A program made the position numbers and the translations under genes. The notes beneath the pieces are model-generated. The model saw only the letters and a program-made list of their open reading frames with translations. It did no database searches and was not told the origin of the DNA. Below, piece by piece: positions 1 through 13,001 of a stretch of DNA of 64,000 nt. Position 1 is the first letter of the stretch; the number at the start of each line of letters is the position of its first letter. Origin of the DNA: Eledone cirrhosa (Eukaryota). Location of the stretch: the NCBI GenBank assembly GCA_964016885.1, contig OZ024747.1, positions 49,228,001-49,292,000 of the forward strand, in the 5' to 3' direction.

Positions 1-325
1 TGCACAGTTATAATCAACCAAATTCTAATGTCAAGGCATTAGTGAAACCAATGCTATAGTAGAAGATACTTGCTGAAGATTCAACACAGTGAGACTGTAC
101 TCTAAACCATATGACTACAAACCAAACCCTTTAACCACGCAGTCATACAATATCTATAATTCTACTTCAATTGAAATGAATTGGAATGTTCAAGAGTTAA
201 GTAGAAAAAGTGAAACTTAGTCCCAAGCCTACTTTAGTTTAGCAAAATATACACATTCTTTCATTTAATATCATTTTTGTCAAATAAATATTTGCATTTT
301 TTATATAGTATATATTATATTTATA

Positions 326-450
326 GTGAAGGCGTGTGGCTGAGTGGTTAGAGAATTGGATTCACAAGCGTAAGGTTGTGAGTTCGATTCCTGGACCAGG
401 CGATGCGTTATGTCCTTGAGCAAGACACTTTATTTCACGTTGCTCCTTCT
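326..450 (+). mobile_element. tRNA-derived CORE-type SINE, head and core fragment
   Basis: Pol III A-box TGGCTGAGTGG, B-box GTTCGATTCC, then CORE-like GTCCTTGAGCAAGACACTT; same head at 59130-59250. Confidence 0.75.
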
Positions 451-861
451 ACCTGGAGTTGCGACCGATAGATAGTATTAGCAATTGGAAAGACCAACGG
501 AAACATTGTTCCCTCGGTCCGATTTGACGAAAGTCGATCGTTCCTATTATATTATATTTAGCTAAAATTAACATATTTTCACAGGTTGATCAATACTGAT
601 CGACACACATATACATCTAAATATCCATATAACAATGGTGTTGTTGATAATGACTGCTACTGGCTGTGACATTCCCATTCTTTGTAATTCTTTAGTCCTA
701 TATACTAACAAAGTGAGTCAAATTAACATGGGGTGACTGATTAATTAATTACTACCACAATGTTTCAATTAGTTCTTACATTACTAATTACCATAATTGG
801 CTGTAAAACAACAAATAATGAAATCTTTTATTTTGATTTCAGTCATTTGACTGCAACCATT

Positions 862-1210
862 GAAGTGCAGCTATGCTGACGTGCAGCCATACTGAAGTGC
901 AGCTATGCTGACGTGCAGCCATACTGAGGTGCAGCTATACTGAGGTGTAGTCATGTTGAGGTGCAGCCATGCTGAGGTGCAGCCATACTGAGGTGCAGCC
1001 ATGCTGAGGTGCAGCTACACTGAGGTGCAGCCATGCTGAGGTGCAGCTATACTGAGGTGCAGCTATGCTGAGGTGCAGCTATGCTGAGGTGCAGCTATAC
1101 TGAGGTGCAGCCATGCTGAGGTGCAGCCATGCTGAGGTGCAGCCATGCTGAGGTGCAGCTATGCTGAGGTGCAGCCATGCTGAGGTGCAGCCATGCTGAG
1201 GTGCAGCCAT
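862..1210. repeat. 16-bp minisatellite (CTGAGGTGCAGCYATR)n, about 21 copies
   Basis: Direct tandem repetition visible. Confidence 0.95.
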
Positions 1211-1466
1211 GATAAAACACTGCCTTTAAGGGAATTTACTCATATCAACTTCAGTATTTAATTTTTTTAAAGTCTGTTACATAATTTATCTACATTTCTC
1301 AAAACCACTAAGTTACAAGCTATGAACAAACAGTAATTATCGTGCATTTGTATACTAAATTTCTATCTAGGCAATTATTCTGTAGTGGGCATAAGATGTT
1401 ATTCCTGCAATTACATTTCCTTATATTGTTATTTGAAGATACCGTATTATTATTCATGTATTCGCT

Positions 1467-1655
1467 CGGTGGATTGGTAGTATCGGTAGAGGGTCGGACG
1501 CCATGCTTTGCAGCACAGTTACGTCCCTTTACGGTCTGAGTTCAAATCCCGCCGAGGTTAACTTTGCCTTTCATCCTTACGGGGTCGATAAGATAAAGTA
1601 CCAGTAATGTACTGGGTAATTGATGGCCTTGTGCCAAAAGTAGAAACAATTATAA
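1467..1655 (+). mobile_element. tRNA-derived SINE family B (about 190 bp, ATT tail)
   Basis: GGTGGATTGG..GAGTTCAAATCCC..CTTTGCCTTTCATCCTTACGGGGTCGATAA..GGCCTTGTGCC.AAAGTAGAAACAATTAT; at least 14 copies in the window. Confidence 0.9.
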
Positions 1656-1659
1656 TTCC

Positions 1660-3020
1660 TAATGCTATTAATTATATTGTTACTATTATTTGGGTTTACT
1701 TCAGTTAGGTTTAATTTTAAATTTGTGTTATTAATTCTTGCAATATTCTGGGCTACATTCATAGTTGTAGAGTAAGAGAGTTTGACTGTATGTCTGTTAA
1801 AAATGGATACTTGTGGGACTTAAGAAAACATTTATCTAGAGCTTTAAAGAATTGATGTGCTAAAGGTGTCTTAATTCCTAATGATATTGAAGGTGAATAA
1901 ATTATATTTCTAGTTCTGGCTTTTTTATTTGATTTATTATTTTGGTTAAGTTGTTTAAATTCATTATTATTATAATATACTTTAGGAGGTTAGTTTATAC
2001 AATTCTTATCAATGTAATGAATTTTATTAGTGTATCCATCTCTGTGTAGAGCGTCATTGTAATATTCTGCTTTGTTATCAAATATATTTGAGAGTCTAGA
2101 TATTCTTTATTGGACACTATTGACTATAGCTTTTTTAACATTTCTAGGGTGGTTTGAGTAGAAGCTGACATAATTTAGGTTTTCATTAATCTTATGGAAT
2201 GGGTAATATAGGCCGGAGTTAAGGTTTAGTGTAACGTCTAAGAAATTAACAATTTTATTATCGTTTTCTATTTCTAACTTAAGGTCATAATTATTAAAGA
2301 AGTCTAAAATAATTTTCTTTTTTCTAAGTTCACTATTGTTATGTTTATCTACTATAAATAATGCATCATCACGATATAAACCTCCAGCAATTTCCTATGT
2401 AAGGCATTAAGAATGAAGATGCCAACGAGGTTTGTAACTTGAGCTGAGTCCGAAGAACCCATCGTAATATCAAAATTCTTCAGTCTATCAGATCTAGTCC
2501 AGAGATCGTTGTTAAATTTAATAAGGGTTTTTCGTGCAGTTAATATAATCTTTATTTCTTCGCTAGATAAGTCAGTATGCTTAGATGCGTATATTAGTGC
2601 TTTATTAAGTAAATTAGGAGTTATTGAAGAATAGTAATTAGCTATATCCATTTGTATACATTTAGTATTATTTTTAGATTTAATGTTTACAAACCAATCT
2701 ATTACTTCATTTGTACCGTTCCAAAGCTTGAGATATGATTTTTGTTTGAGTATTGGTATAATTTTGTCAAGTATATTTTTACTAATAATTCCTAGATCGG
2801 ATTTAGACGGTGCTATAAGCCTGGCTGGTAGGTCTGCTTCAACATTTCTTTTATGGTCTTTCATATTTATTTTCGGTTGCCTTGGTATGAAGGGTTCGGT
2901 CCTACGCTCAATTCCTAATTTGGAGATAATTTCAAAAGCTTCTTTGTTTAAGGTTGATAGATCTTCTTTACGGGTTTTTAAAATATTTTTTCTAAGTTCT
3001 TTCAGTATTAAATTGTTTTA
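1660..3020 (-). mobile_element. Penelope-like element reverse transcriptase fragment (frameshifted)
   Basis: ORF 2352-2864 has MDIANYYSSI and ITMGSSDSAQVTNLVG; continuation in another frame reads YRDDA, NFLDVTLNL and SNHP, typical PLE RT/thumb motifs. Confidence 0.85.
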
Positions 3021-3799
3021 AACAATAATAGTTTATAATTTACAACAATACATTATAATTCTCATCTAAATATCATAAATACATCCAACTTCTAAATTTC
3101 TTGATTATGTTTACTCTGAACTAAGAATAATTAATGCATTTCTACCTTGATATATATAGGTGTATACTTAACTTTAACATGCCTCAATCTATTATTTTAT
3201 TTTCGTTATCATTTACCTAAAATATACTGGCTCATTAATATATATATATATACATAATCGTTATTTAAATATTTCTAACAATAAGTACTTCATAAGCTTT
3301 ACATATCTCAGCTAATGTTTACATTTAGGAAAATAATCAACAGTGTAAACTCTCATTCATGTTGGCCAGCTAAATCTTATAAATGTTACCCTCAAAAAAT
3401 TCAGAAGCTTAGAAATGTTAACACACTTATTGAATTTATAAAACTAATATATAAATAACCAGCAATTTAAAAAAACCCCCCAAAATCTTGATTCTTCACC
3501 CTAAAATACCATAAATTAAATATTTTCAAAATTAACCGTTTAACTTTCGGGGAAAAAAAAATCTCCTTCTGCATATATTACCCCCCCCCCCCCCCCCCTT
3601 ATATTTCCCTCTCATAAATTGTATCATACATCTTAATATCTCTATAACTGTTACATTAAGCAACGTTTTTCTTACTCGCACTTTACGTTTTCGCATTTTC
3701 TCATTATTAGGGTATAAATGTTAAATTTTCTCTTTGGTTAATCACTACCTTGATTAAATCTTAACCATTTAACATCTCAGGGTATGTCATGTATCATTA

Positions 3800-3854
3800 T
3801 ATTTTGTCTGATGAGCACGTACTGTTGTACATCCGAAATATGTATAATAAAATG
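3800..3854 (+). ncRNA. Type I hammerhead ribozyme, family A, in PLE pseudo-LTR
   Basis: tattttgt-CTGATGA-GCACGTAC tgtt GTACATCC-GAAA-tatgta-TA-ataaaatg; stem I closes; surrounding 3655-3890 matches 55000-55325 (minus) and 53754-54033. Confidence 0.8.
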
Positions 3855-3885
3855 TAATTGATCAAAAGAACATCTATTTTATTAA

Positions 3886-3952
<67 letters not shown>

Positions 3953-4174
3953 ATATATATTAGAAAGTAAGGTTTTTTTTACAAAATGAAAAATAACCGA
4001 GGTGTCCTACACGAGTGAAAGAAAAAGAGATGAAATCGAAAATGCAACTGGAGTCTTATTTTTAAAAATATATATATATATATATATTTATTTGGTTCCT
4101 TTACCGGTTTCGCAGTTCTGCTTTTCAAAAGGTGAGTTGAGATGGAGGGTCTGTGTTTTTTCTCACATCTTTAG

Positions 4175-4205
<31 letters not shown>

Positions 4206-4411
4206 CATAACACTAAATATTATGCTGTGATTTAGGTACAAATGTCCGCTTGACTAAGAAGTATTTGAAATATGCGGCCAAATAATTGTATCTAAGTGTA
4301 AGTTAGTGTAATATATATATTAAACTAACTATGCAACCATTTAGGTCCAAGAAGATAGCGATAAGAAAAATACTTACAGCAAGATGTAGCGGCCTTACCT
4401 CGAACTATGAA

Positions 4412-4520
4412 TTCTTTCTGAAGAAGTGCAATGTTTTACATAATGCTAGCGATTGAGAATAAGAATAATATGCGATCAGCGCTCATAGACTGACGCTGTA
4501 CTGAAACATATGTTAAAGAA
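4412..4520 (+). ncRNA. Type I hammerhead ribozyme with long stem II
   Basis: ttcttt-CTGAAGA-AGTGCAATGTT...GACGCTGTACT-GAAA-CATATG-TT-aaagaa; stems I and II pair, stem III is palindromic. Confidence 0.75.
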
Positions 4521-4610
4521 CGGACTCTAATTAAACTATTTTTTCATCTAACCTCTACTTCATGCCAAGTCATTGTTTTTCCTATACCTTTAAATATATA
4601 TATATACAAA

Positions 4611-4878
4611 ATGGAAAACGAAGAATCAGTGATGCATCGGAACTCAATTGATTGCGTATTACAATTGTTTCCCCGGCGAACAGCTCGAGGTGCGATCTGC
4701 TGGTGGATTGAACCTGACTCTGGATTCGCAAGTTTCTCAACCTGCTTTGAAACCAACAGACCTATCTGAGAAACTTGCGAATCCAGAGTCAGATCGCACC
4801 TCGAGCTGTTCGCCGGGAAAACAATTGTAATACGCAATAAATTGAGTTCCGATGCATCACTAATTCTTCGTTTTCCAT
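4611..4878. repeat. Near-perfect 268-bp palindrome (fold-back/MITE-like)
   Basis: ATGGAAAACGAAGAAT... is the reverse complement of ...ATTCTTCGTTTTCCAT; about 27-nt central spacer and a short one-sided bulge. Confidence 0.9.
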
Positions 4879-4894
4879 CTTATAATACCCTGCT

Positions 4895-5212
4895 CCGTAA
4901 ATCGAAAGGTTGTGAGTTCAGTTCTCAGACCGGGTAATGTGTTGTTTCCTTGAGCAAGACACTTTATTTCACATTGCTCCAGTTTACTCAGCTGTAGAAA
5001 GTGGTCGTGGAGGTGCCATGGCAAAAAAGCACCCAGCCAACACTGTAAAGTGGACATGTAGGCGCCACAGAAAAAAAGCACCCAGCACTGTAAATGAGGT
5101 TGGTGTTAGGAAGGGTATCCAGCTGTAGAAATTAAGCCAGAATCAGTTCCCGTCCCACCCTTGCAAGCCGGGAAAAGCGGACGTAAAATGAAATGATGAT
5201 GATGATGATGAT
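4895..5212 (+). mobile_element. SINE family A (CORE body plus RTE-derived tail), 5'-truncated
   Basis: CCTTGAGCAAGACACTT core, GGTTGGTGTTAGGAAGGG segment, CTTGCAAGC.GGGAAAAGCGGACGTAAAATG(ATG)n tail. Confidence 0.85.
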
Positions 5213-5994
5213 ATATATATATATATATATAACATAAATAAAGATGCTGATATTACATAAATCGTTTATTCGTTATAATTATTTCAACGGTTCTCCCATT
5301 CAATCAAGATGTGATTCATACATTTGTTGTTGTTATGAGAACAGTATTCTCAGATGAAATCCGATTTAGTGATATGCTGCCGGCAGGAGAAAAAAATCGT
5401 CCTTCTGCTCGTGCATCCAATAGACATATGAGTTCCTGAAAGGGTCTCCCAGCGTCGTGTTTACTGGAGTAAAGTGTTATCCACGTGTCAATTAGCGAAA
5501 TTAGGATTCACGCATCCCTCATGGAATTGAGGTCGTACATCAGCAGAAAGGTAATCCCTCAAGTATGTTGTGTTGATCTGTATCAAACGATAATCTATGC
5601 GTAGCCAGAGCTTAGTAGATAGTGGAAGCAATAAATGGAACTCTGAGGGAGGTTGGGGTATACATTTTGTTGACAGCCACATTCAAGACAACAGCTACAA
5701 CAATGACAACAACAGCAGCAGCAGCAACATCAACGACAACAACAGCAAACACGACCAACATCGCCTACACTGACCACAACAGTCATAGTGATAGTAATAC
5801 TCCGCTAACAACAACAGCCTCAGCAGTAAACGGAATTCTGAGATAGGGCGATACACAAACTTGATTGTCCCAAGACAACAGCAACACTGCCCATCGCAAT
5901 TGTATTCTTTTGGTCATTACTCAACATTCATAATCCTCGGTAAGAGTTGGCAGGAATACCAGGAAGACAGCGAGTTTGGCTTTTACGCCTACCC

Positions 5995-6160
5995 TCATCT
6001 TCTCGTTGTTGAATGCTGAGGCTGGCGCATTACTGCATCAGCTTTTGCAATTCTTGCACTTAATTCAGCTTCCTGCATTCCATGACTCATGAACATGGCC
6101 CCGAGATACTTGAACTTCTCTAACTGCTTCAGTAGAACTCCATTCACATGTATATAAATT
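5995..6160 (-). mobile_element. LINE (RTE-like) post-RT fragment
   Basis: QLEKFKYLG...ELSARIAKA motif. Confidence 0.6.
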
Positions 6161-6367
6161 TGAGGGATTTCTGTACACCCAACCATCACGCAATGTGTAT
6201 GTGTGTTTGTGTGAATGGATGTGTGTGTAAAAAGAAGGAAAAGGATGCACACATATATGTCTCTAACTTAAAAACAGTGACACACATATCTCTAATTTAA
6301 GAACACCGACAAACTCGCGCGTGCACATACACACACTGTCCTATTACCACTCAAGAGTGGTAATAGT

Positions 6368-6785
6368 GCCCGGGCAAACATCCCCTCAATTTTGGAACCG
6401 TCTGGGTTGTCCAGAATTGATGGGAAAAGACTTGACGGTCTTGTTCTGTGCTCCTGGTCAAGAGGCAGGTGCCTTACCTGGGAAGTCACAGTCTTTTGCT
6501 TCTTCCCACATCCTGGATGCAGCGGTAAGGGCGAGAGCTACAGCATCTGCAGCTGAACGGAACAAAATCCTAAAATACTGTGTTCTGTCAACTAACTACA
6601 ATCCAGCCTGTGGTGTTCGAGACGTTTGGGGGAGTCAGGCTACTGACAGCGAGGTTCTTATCTTCACTGGCGGCTCGCCAAACAGAGGTATCTGGTGATG
6701 CTCGTGAGGGCACTTAGTTGTTCCAGCACCTCAGCCTCGCCATTACGCCAGGTAACGCTGCGCGCATGCTGGCTTGCCTCAAAAA
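6368..6785 (+). mobile_element. Degenerate CRE-clade RLE endonuclease fragment
   Basis: LEPSGLSRIDGKRLDG...W...AE.NKILKY; homologous to 50786-51339 and 16230-16495. Confidence 0.7.
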
Positions 6786-7626
6786 TTATTATTATTATTA
6801 TCACAGTGCTCCTCGCTATATTGCTATCTTTTGCTCTGGTAGCGTCTCGTTTTCCATTCTTTCGCCTGCATATTGTTCTCTGTGGTCTAAGATGTGGGTT
6901 TTTCGTGCTTGTGTATTTTTTCTTTCTTTTTTTTCTTTCCCTTTCCTTTGTATATATTATGTGTTAGTGTTTTCGTTCTGTAAGCATTATATTAAATTTT
7001 TATACAAATGAGTTTAAAAAAAAAAAAAAAGAGTTAAACTGTGTTTTAATAAATAAAACGTTATACTTGTTTTACCCTGCCGTTTTCAATTCACCGAACG
7101 CTATCATGACTGTATGTGTGTATTTGTGTAAATGTATATGTGAATGTGTGTTTGTGTGAAAGTATGTGTATTTATCTGAATGTATGTCCGTGAGGGTGTA
7201 TTTTTATAAGTTTGTGTTTGCGCGATTATAGTTATATACTCATACATATAGATGTATGTATGTGCACAATCATATGCGTCAGCATGTAGAAAATCATAAT
7301 CACTCTATCTCTCTCATCACAAACTCTCTCTTTCTAGATATATATGGTAGTTGAAGTGATGGTGGTGGCGACGATATACCGGAAAGTGTAGACATTTGAA
7401 ACTTTGAAAAGAAGTCAATTTTAAATTAATTATAAATACGAAATTTAGTACATAAATTATGTAATCATTCATTATTTATTCAAAGTAATCCAACTTATTT
7501 TACAAACAGGATAAAAAAAGTATTCTGGATGCAGTCCCGCACTCCTTACTTTATTATAGTTTAGATATATATATATATATACACATATATATATATATAT
7601 ATATATACATATATTTACACACACAT

Positions 7627-7968
7627 CATTCATCATCATCATTTCATTTTACGTCTGCTTTTCCCTGCTTGCAAGGGTGGGACGGAAACTGATTCTGGCT
7701 TGATTTCTACAGCTGGATGCTCTTCCTAACACCAACCTTATTTACAGTGAGCGCTGGGTGCTTTTTTGCCGTGGCACCTCCACGTCCACTTTGCAGTGGA
7801 ATGATAAGGACCCCAGTCCTATCATCTCATTTCTACAGCTGAGTAAACTGGAGCAATGTGAAATAAAGTGTCTTGCTCAAGGAAACAATACATCACCCAG
7901 TCTGAGAATTGAACTCACAACCTTTCGATTACAAGGCCAATGCTCTAACCACTAAGCCATGTGCCTCC
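7627..7968 (-). mobile_element. SINE family A, near full length
   Basis: Reverse complement of tRNA head GGCTTAGTGGTTAGAGC, CORE and RTE-type (ATG)n tail; flanked by (TA)n. Confidence 0.85.
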
Positions 7969-7979
7969 ATATATATATA

Positions 7980-8185
7980 TATCTTCCTCATCTGTATTTC
8001 CATGCTTGTATGAGTTGCGTGGATCTTTTCTACTACAGCGTCCGTCTACTTGTTAGATTCCTTCATCAAATCTGTGAGTTTCAGTGATTTCAGTTCTCTC
8101 AAAACCATTGCCCAGATCTTCCCTTGTCTTTCCTCTATTCTGGTTTCCTTCTGCCGGGATTTCTTCACCCAACGGTCATTCTAGC
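7980..8185 (-). mobile_element. Old RTE 3' fragment
   Basis: Reads NDRWVKK... with decayed CCATGC tail hairpin; similar to 55498-56064. Confidence 0.55.
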
Positions 8186-8199
8186 CCTTACCAGTCCCA

Positions 8200-11100
8200 A
8201 CAAATTCTGCCATTACTACTACTGTCCTTCTAACCCTGCACCAAAGAATTCCTGTTTAACGTTAGTTATGGATGAGCTGAGGGTAATGGAACAACCCCGA
8301 ATAAATAATACATGCGTATGAATCCACGAGGTACCAAGCACCCATGCAAAGCTCTAATTCAGAGACAGAAAGCATACCCCCCCCCCCCCCCCAACACACA
8401 CAAATCCACCCATTCCCACGAGTAATGACGAATGCCCAAAACTCCGGGTTGGCACCATCAACGTAATCACAATGAAAGGAAGAGCAGGAGAAATCGTAGA
8501 GATGTTAGAGCAAAAGGAAGTTGATGTATGCTGTGTGCAAGAGACTAGATGGAGAGGAGGGTCTGCTAGAGTGTTTGTAGGCAAAAATCAGTGCTATAAA
8601 TTCTTCTGGGTGGGAAATGACAACGGGATGGGTGGTGTGGGTATACTATTAGCTGACAAATGAGTAGATAAGGTAATCTCAGTGAGCAGGATGCACACAA
8701 GAATCATTAAATTCAGACTAGTCCTGAATAAAACAATTGCTACAATCATATCAGCTTACGCACCCCAATCGAGGTTGCAAGACGAACTTAAGGATAGGTT
8801 TTACAAGTCCTTAATGCACGTTATTGCCCTAACAAACAACAATGACTTCCTAATCATTGAGACTTTAACGGACATGTTGGGAAACACCGAGACCGCTTCT
8901 ATGGAGGCTATGGGTTTGGCGCAAGAAACGAAGAAGGCTTCAGACTCCTAGAATTCTGCGCCACCAATGACATGTCGATATGTAACACAAACTTTAAAAA
9001 AACCTGACAACCATCTGATCACCTATAGATCAGAGGAGCATTCTAGTCAGATAGATTTTATCCTTATCAGAGGACGAGATAGATGGTCGGGTGTAAATAC
9101 AAAAGCCTTCTCTGGTGAGGAATGTACCTCCCAACATAACTTAGTTGTCAGCGACCTCACTGTCAGAACTAGACGAACTTGGAAACAGAAGAAAACATGG
9201 AGAAGAATGATCTGGAAACTGAAAGACCCCTCAGCCAGTAACAGATTTAAAGATATTTTACTCAACACCTATGACAGTAAAGAAGAACAGTTAGAGGCAT
9301 TCAGTGTAGAAGAGCACTGGGAGTTCCTAAAAAATAACTTACTAAAGGCATCGGACGAGATTTGTGATTGGAGCAAAACCACAGGGAGAAGGAGAGTGAC
9401 TTGGTGGTGAAACAATAAGGTAGATGAGGCAGTTAAGGCCAAGAGACAGGCATGGAAAGAATGGAAGAATGGGGGAAGCAGGGTACATTACATAGAGACC
9501 AGGAGGAAATCTAGGCGACAAGCATACTTAGCTAGAAGGGAAGTGGAGGATAGAAAATTCAAGCATGTTTTGCAGTGTAAGGACCAGAAGCAGGAAGTGT
9601 TCAGGATTGCGAGGCAGTGTGTTAGAGAAAATTGTGATGTCATTGGAGAGAAGAATGATAAAGGTGAGCTTGCCCTTACAAGTGCCGAAAAGAAAGATGC
9701 GTGGAAGAGCATCTAAATGAGGAGAATGCATGGGAGAAAGAGACTCTACCCCAAATGGCCCCTATAGAGGGACCAGCAATACAAGTCAGCAACAGCATAA
9801 TAAGTAAGGCAATTAAAGATATGATGACTGGGAAGGCATCCGATCCATCGGGTATAGCTGCCAAGATGCTTTCAGCATCGGGGTCAGTAGATCACACCAT
9901 AACTACACGTATTGTTAACCATGTAATAGAAGAGGGTGTCATACCAAAGGATTGGTGCAGCAGCATCATTGTCAACTGCTACAAAGGTAAAGAAGATGCA
10001 CTAGATAGAGTAAACTATAGAGGTATAAAGCTGATGGACCAGGTCATGAAAGTAACGGAAAGAGTATAGCACAGCTGATTAGGGACCGGGTAAAACTAGA
10101 TGAGATGCAGTTTGGGTTTGTGCCAGGAAAAAGCACCACTTATGCTCTCTTCCTTGTGAGGCAGTTACAGGAAAAGTACCTAGCTAAAAGTAAACTGCTC
10201 TACCTGGCATTTGTCGATCTGGAAAAAGCCTGCAATAGAGTGTCCTGTGCTATAATCTGGTGGGCTGTTAGAAAACTAGGAGTAGATGAATGGCTTGTGA
10301 AAGCTGTACAAGCCATGTATGGGAGAGCAGTCAGCAAAGTTAGGGTTAACAATGTTTATAGCGAGGAATTTAACATACAGGTCGATGTCTACCAGGGCTC
10401 TGTTCTTAGCCCTATCCTGTTTATTATAGTATTGCAGGCTTTAACAGAGGAGTTTAAGACCGGATGCCCATGGGAACTTTTGTATGCAGATGATCTTACA
10501 CTTATAGCTGAATCTATGGTGGAACTAGAGAAGAAACTCCAAATGTGGAAGCAGGGATAAGTAGATGAGAAAACAGAACCCAGATCCCCTCAGGGAAATG
10601 GCCTTGTTCAGTATGTAGGAAAGGTGTAGGTAGGAATGTCATCCTCTTCCCCAAATGCAAACTATGGGTACACAAGAGATGTGGTGGGATCTGAGGAAGC
10701 TTAGTTAGGAATGTAGGCTTCACATGTAGCAGCTGCACCGGGACAGTAAGCAGGAAACAAGCACTACCAAATTCTGGGAGGGCTCTGTAGAAACAGTAAA
10801 CAGCTTCTGCTACCTAGGTGACCAAATTAGCAGCAGAGGTGGGTGTTCTGAAAGTACACTAACCAGAGTAAGAACGGGATAGAAGTTCAGGGAGCTACTG
10901 CCACTGCTAGCTGCAAACGGCTTTTCCCTCAAAATGAAAGGCAGACTATATGATGTGTGCATACGAACAGCAATGTTACATGGTAGTGAGACCTGGGCGC
11001 TGTCTGTAGAAGACTTGCATAGATTAGAAAGAAACGAAGCTTGCATGCTCCGATGGATGTGTAATAGTAATATACGCGAATGGCAAAGCATAAATGAACT

Positions 11101-11652
11101 GAGAGAGAGACTCAGCATAAGAGGAATCAAATGCTGTGTGCAGGAGAGGAAGATGCGTTGGTATGTGATGCATATGAAGGTGCAGAGCACTAAAAGTTGA
11201 TGGAAGCCGTGGAGTGGGGAGACCCAAGAAGACTTGGGATGAGGTGATAAAAGCGGATCTTGCCCAATTGCACCTCTCAACGGCGATGACACAGGACTGT
11301 GACCTCTGGCGTCACACAGTAATACAGAAGACCCAACTTCCCACAGGAACAAGCCGAAGCATATAGACAATATGGCCCCATCCCCTCCCAATGCAAAGTG
11401 CTCGTGGAGGTGTCATGACAAAAAAAGCACCCAGCCCACACTGTAAGGTGGACGTGTAGGCGCCATGGAAAAAAAGCACGCAGCACTCACTATAAATGAG
11501 GTTGGTGTTAGGAAGGGCAGCCAGCTGTAAAAACCAAGCCAAAATCAATTCCTGTATGAGCAAGACGTCAGCTGACCTAACATTGCCCACAACAGGACAA
11601 CCCGTCTAACCCATGCTAGCATGAAAGAATCGACGTAAAACGGTGATGATTA
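8200..11652 (+). mobile_element. Near full-length degenerate RTE-clade LINE (APE endonuclease, RT, PHD-like insert)
   Basis: LRVGTINV..VCCVQETRW, SAYAPQ, SQIDFIL, QFGFVPGK, YQGSVLSP, LYADD, WPCSVCRKG; many stops and frameshifts; CCATGCTAGCATG...GACGTAAAAC(GAT)n 3' end. Confidence 0.93.
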
Positions 11653-12342
11653 TCACATACACACACATGTGTATATATTTCATAATAGCAGCAAAGCTAT
11701 ACTCTTGACTTGAGGGCCAAAGGTTTCATACTTTGAGCCCTTATGAAAGTAGTAAAGCTTCACAGTTATAATAAATTATATTTTACTTGGCCCATGTAGT
11801 GAGTTTTGTCTCTCTTGTTCAAACAGTCTTTGTCTCTCTTGTTCAAACAGTCAAACCCTGTATGTGTGTGTGAGAGAGAGAGGGGGGGTGCATGTAGTAG
11901 TTGTGGGGGTGATGATGACGATGATGTTAATAATGATGATGATAATGATAATGATGATGATAGTGATAATGCTGATGATGATGATAATGATGATGGGATG
12001 TATTTTAAGGAAGATATGCCTGCTATTTCTAGCAGATAAATTAACCTTAAAGAGGCTCCATAATTAACTGCTGAGCTGAGCAGGAATAAAGGAAGGAATA
12101 AAGCAATGTAATAAATAAAGTGTGTAGAAAGAGCTATATTGGCTGGTCAGTACTACTGAATTATTACTACTGAATTACACTACAGTTTTCTATGTTAGGA
12201 AAACATGGAAAAGTACATCTCACATCTATTGATTTATGAATAGTGTCTTGTTGCTATTTATACTATAACAAAGAGAGGAGTGCATCCAGAATATTTTTTT
12301 TTATCCCGTTTGGAAAATAAGTTGGATTACTTTGAATAAATA

Positions 12343-12732
12343 ATTGTTTCTACTTTTGGCACAAGGCCAGCAAATACCCAGTGTATTACTGGTACTTTAT
12401 TTTATCGACCCCATAAGGATGAAATGCAAAGTTAACCTCGGCGGGATTTGAACTCAGAATGGCAAGGGCCGTAACTCTATGCGTCAAAGCATGGCGTCCG
12501 ACCCTCTACCGATACTGCCAATCCACCGCCCTTACTTTAAATAAATAATTGTTTCTACTTTAGGCACAAGGCCAGCAATTACCCAGTTCATTACTGGTAC
12601 TTTATTTTATCGACCCCGTAAGGATGAAAGGCAAAGTCAACCTCGGCGGGATTTGAACTCAGATCGTAAAGGGACGTAACTATGCTGGAAAGCATGGCGT
12701 CCGACCCTCTACCGATACTGCCAATCCACCCA
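12343..12732 (-). mobile_element. Two tandem SINE family B copies
   Basis: 12343-12530 and 12546-12732; first flanked by an approximately 18-bp duplication TTACTTTRAATAAATAAT. Confidence 0.9.
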
Positions 12733-12934
12733 ATGAATGAATATTACATAATTTATGTACTAAATTTCGTAACTCTTGATTAAATATAAATAATTTTATT
12801 TTTTATTTAAAATTGACTTCTTTTAAAAGTTTCAAATTTCTTCACTCCTGGTATATCACCGCCACTTCAACTACCATATATATAGATAGAGAGAGAAAGA
12901 GAGAGTGTGTGACGAGAGATATACAGATCAAGTA

Positions 12935-13001
12935 TATTTTATTATACATATTTCAGAGGTACTGAGCTATCTTCAACAGTACGTCCTCATCAGATAAAAT
13001 A
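12935..13001 (-). ncRNA. Type I hammerhead ribozyme, family A
   Basis: Minus strand: tattttat-CTGATGA-GGACGTACTG...CAGTACCTCT-GAAA-tatgta-TA-ataaaata. Confidence 0.85.

Noticed and set aside
326-400. tRNA genes at SINE heads
   Set aside because: A and B boxes only, no full cloverleaf, and they continue into SINE bodies.
4090-4125. GAAA-CCGG-TA half motif on minus
   Set aside because: The 5' core is absent, so it was not counted.
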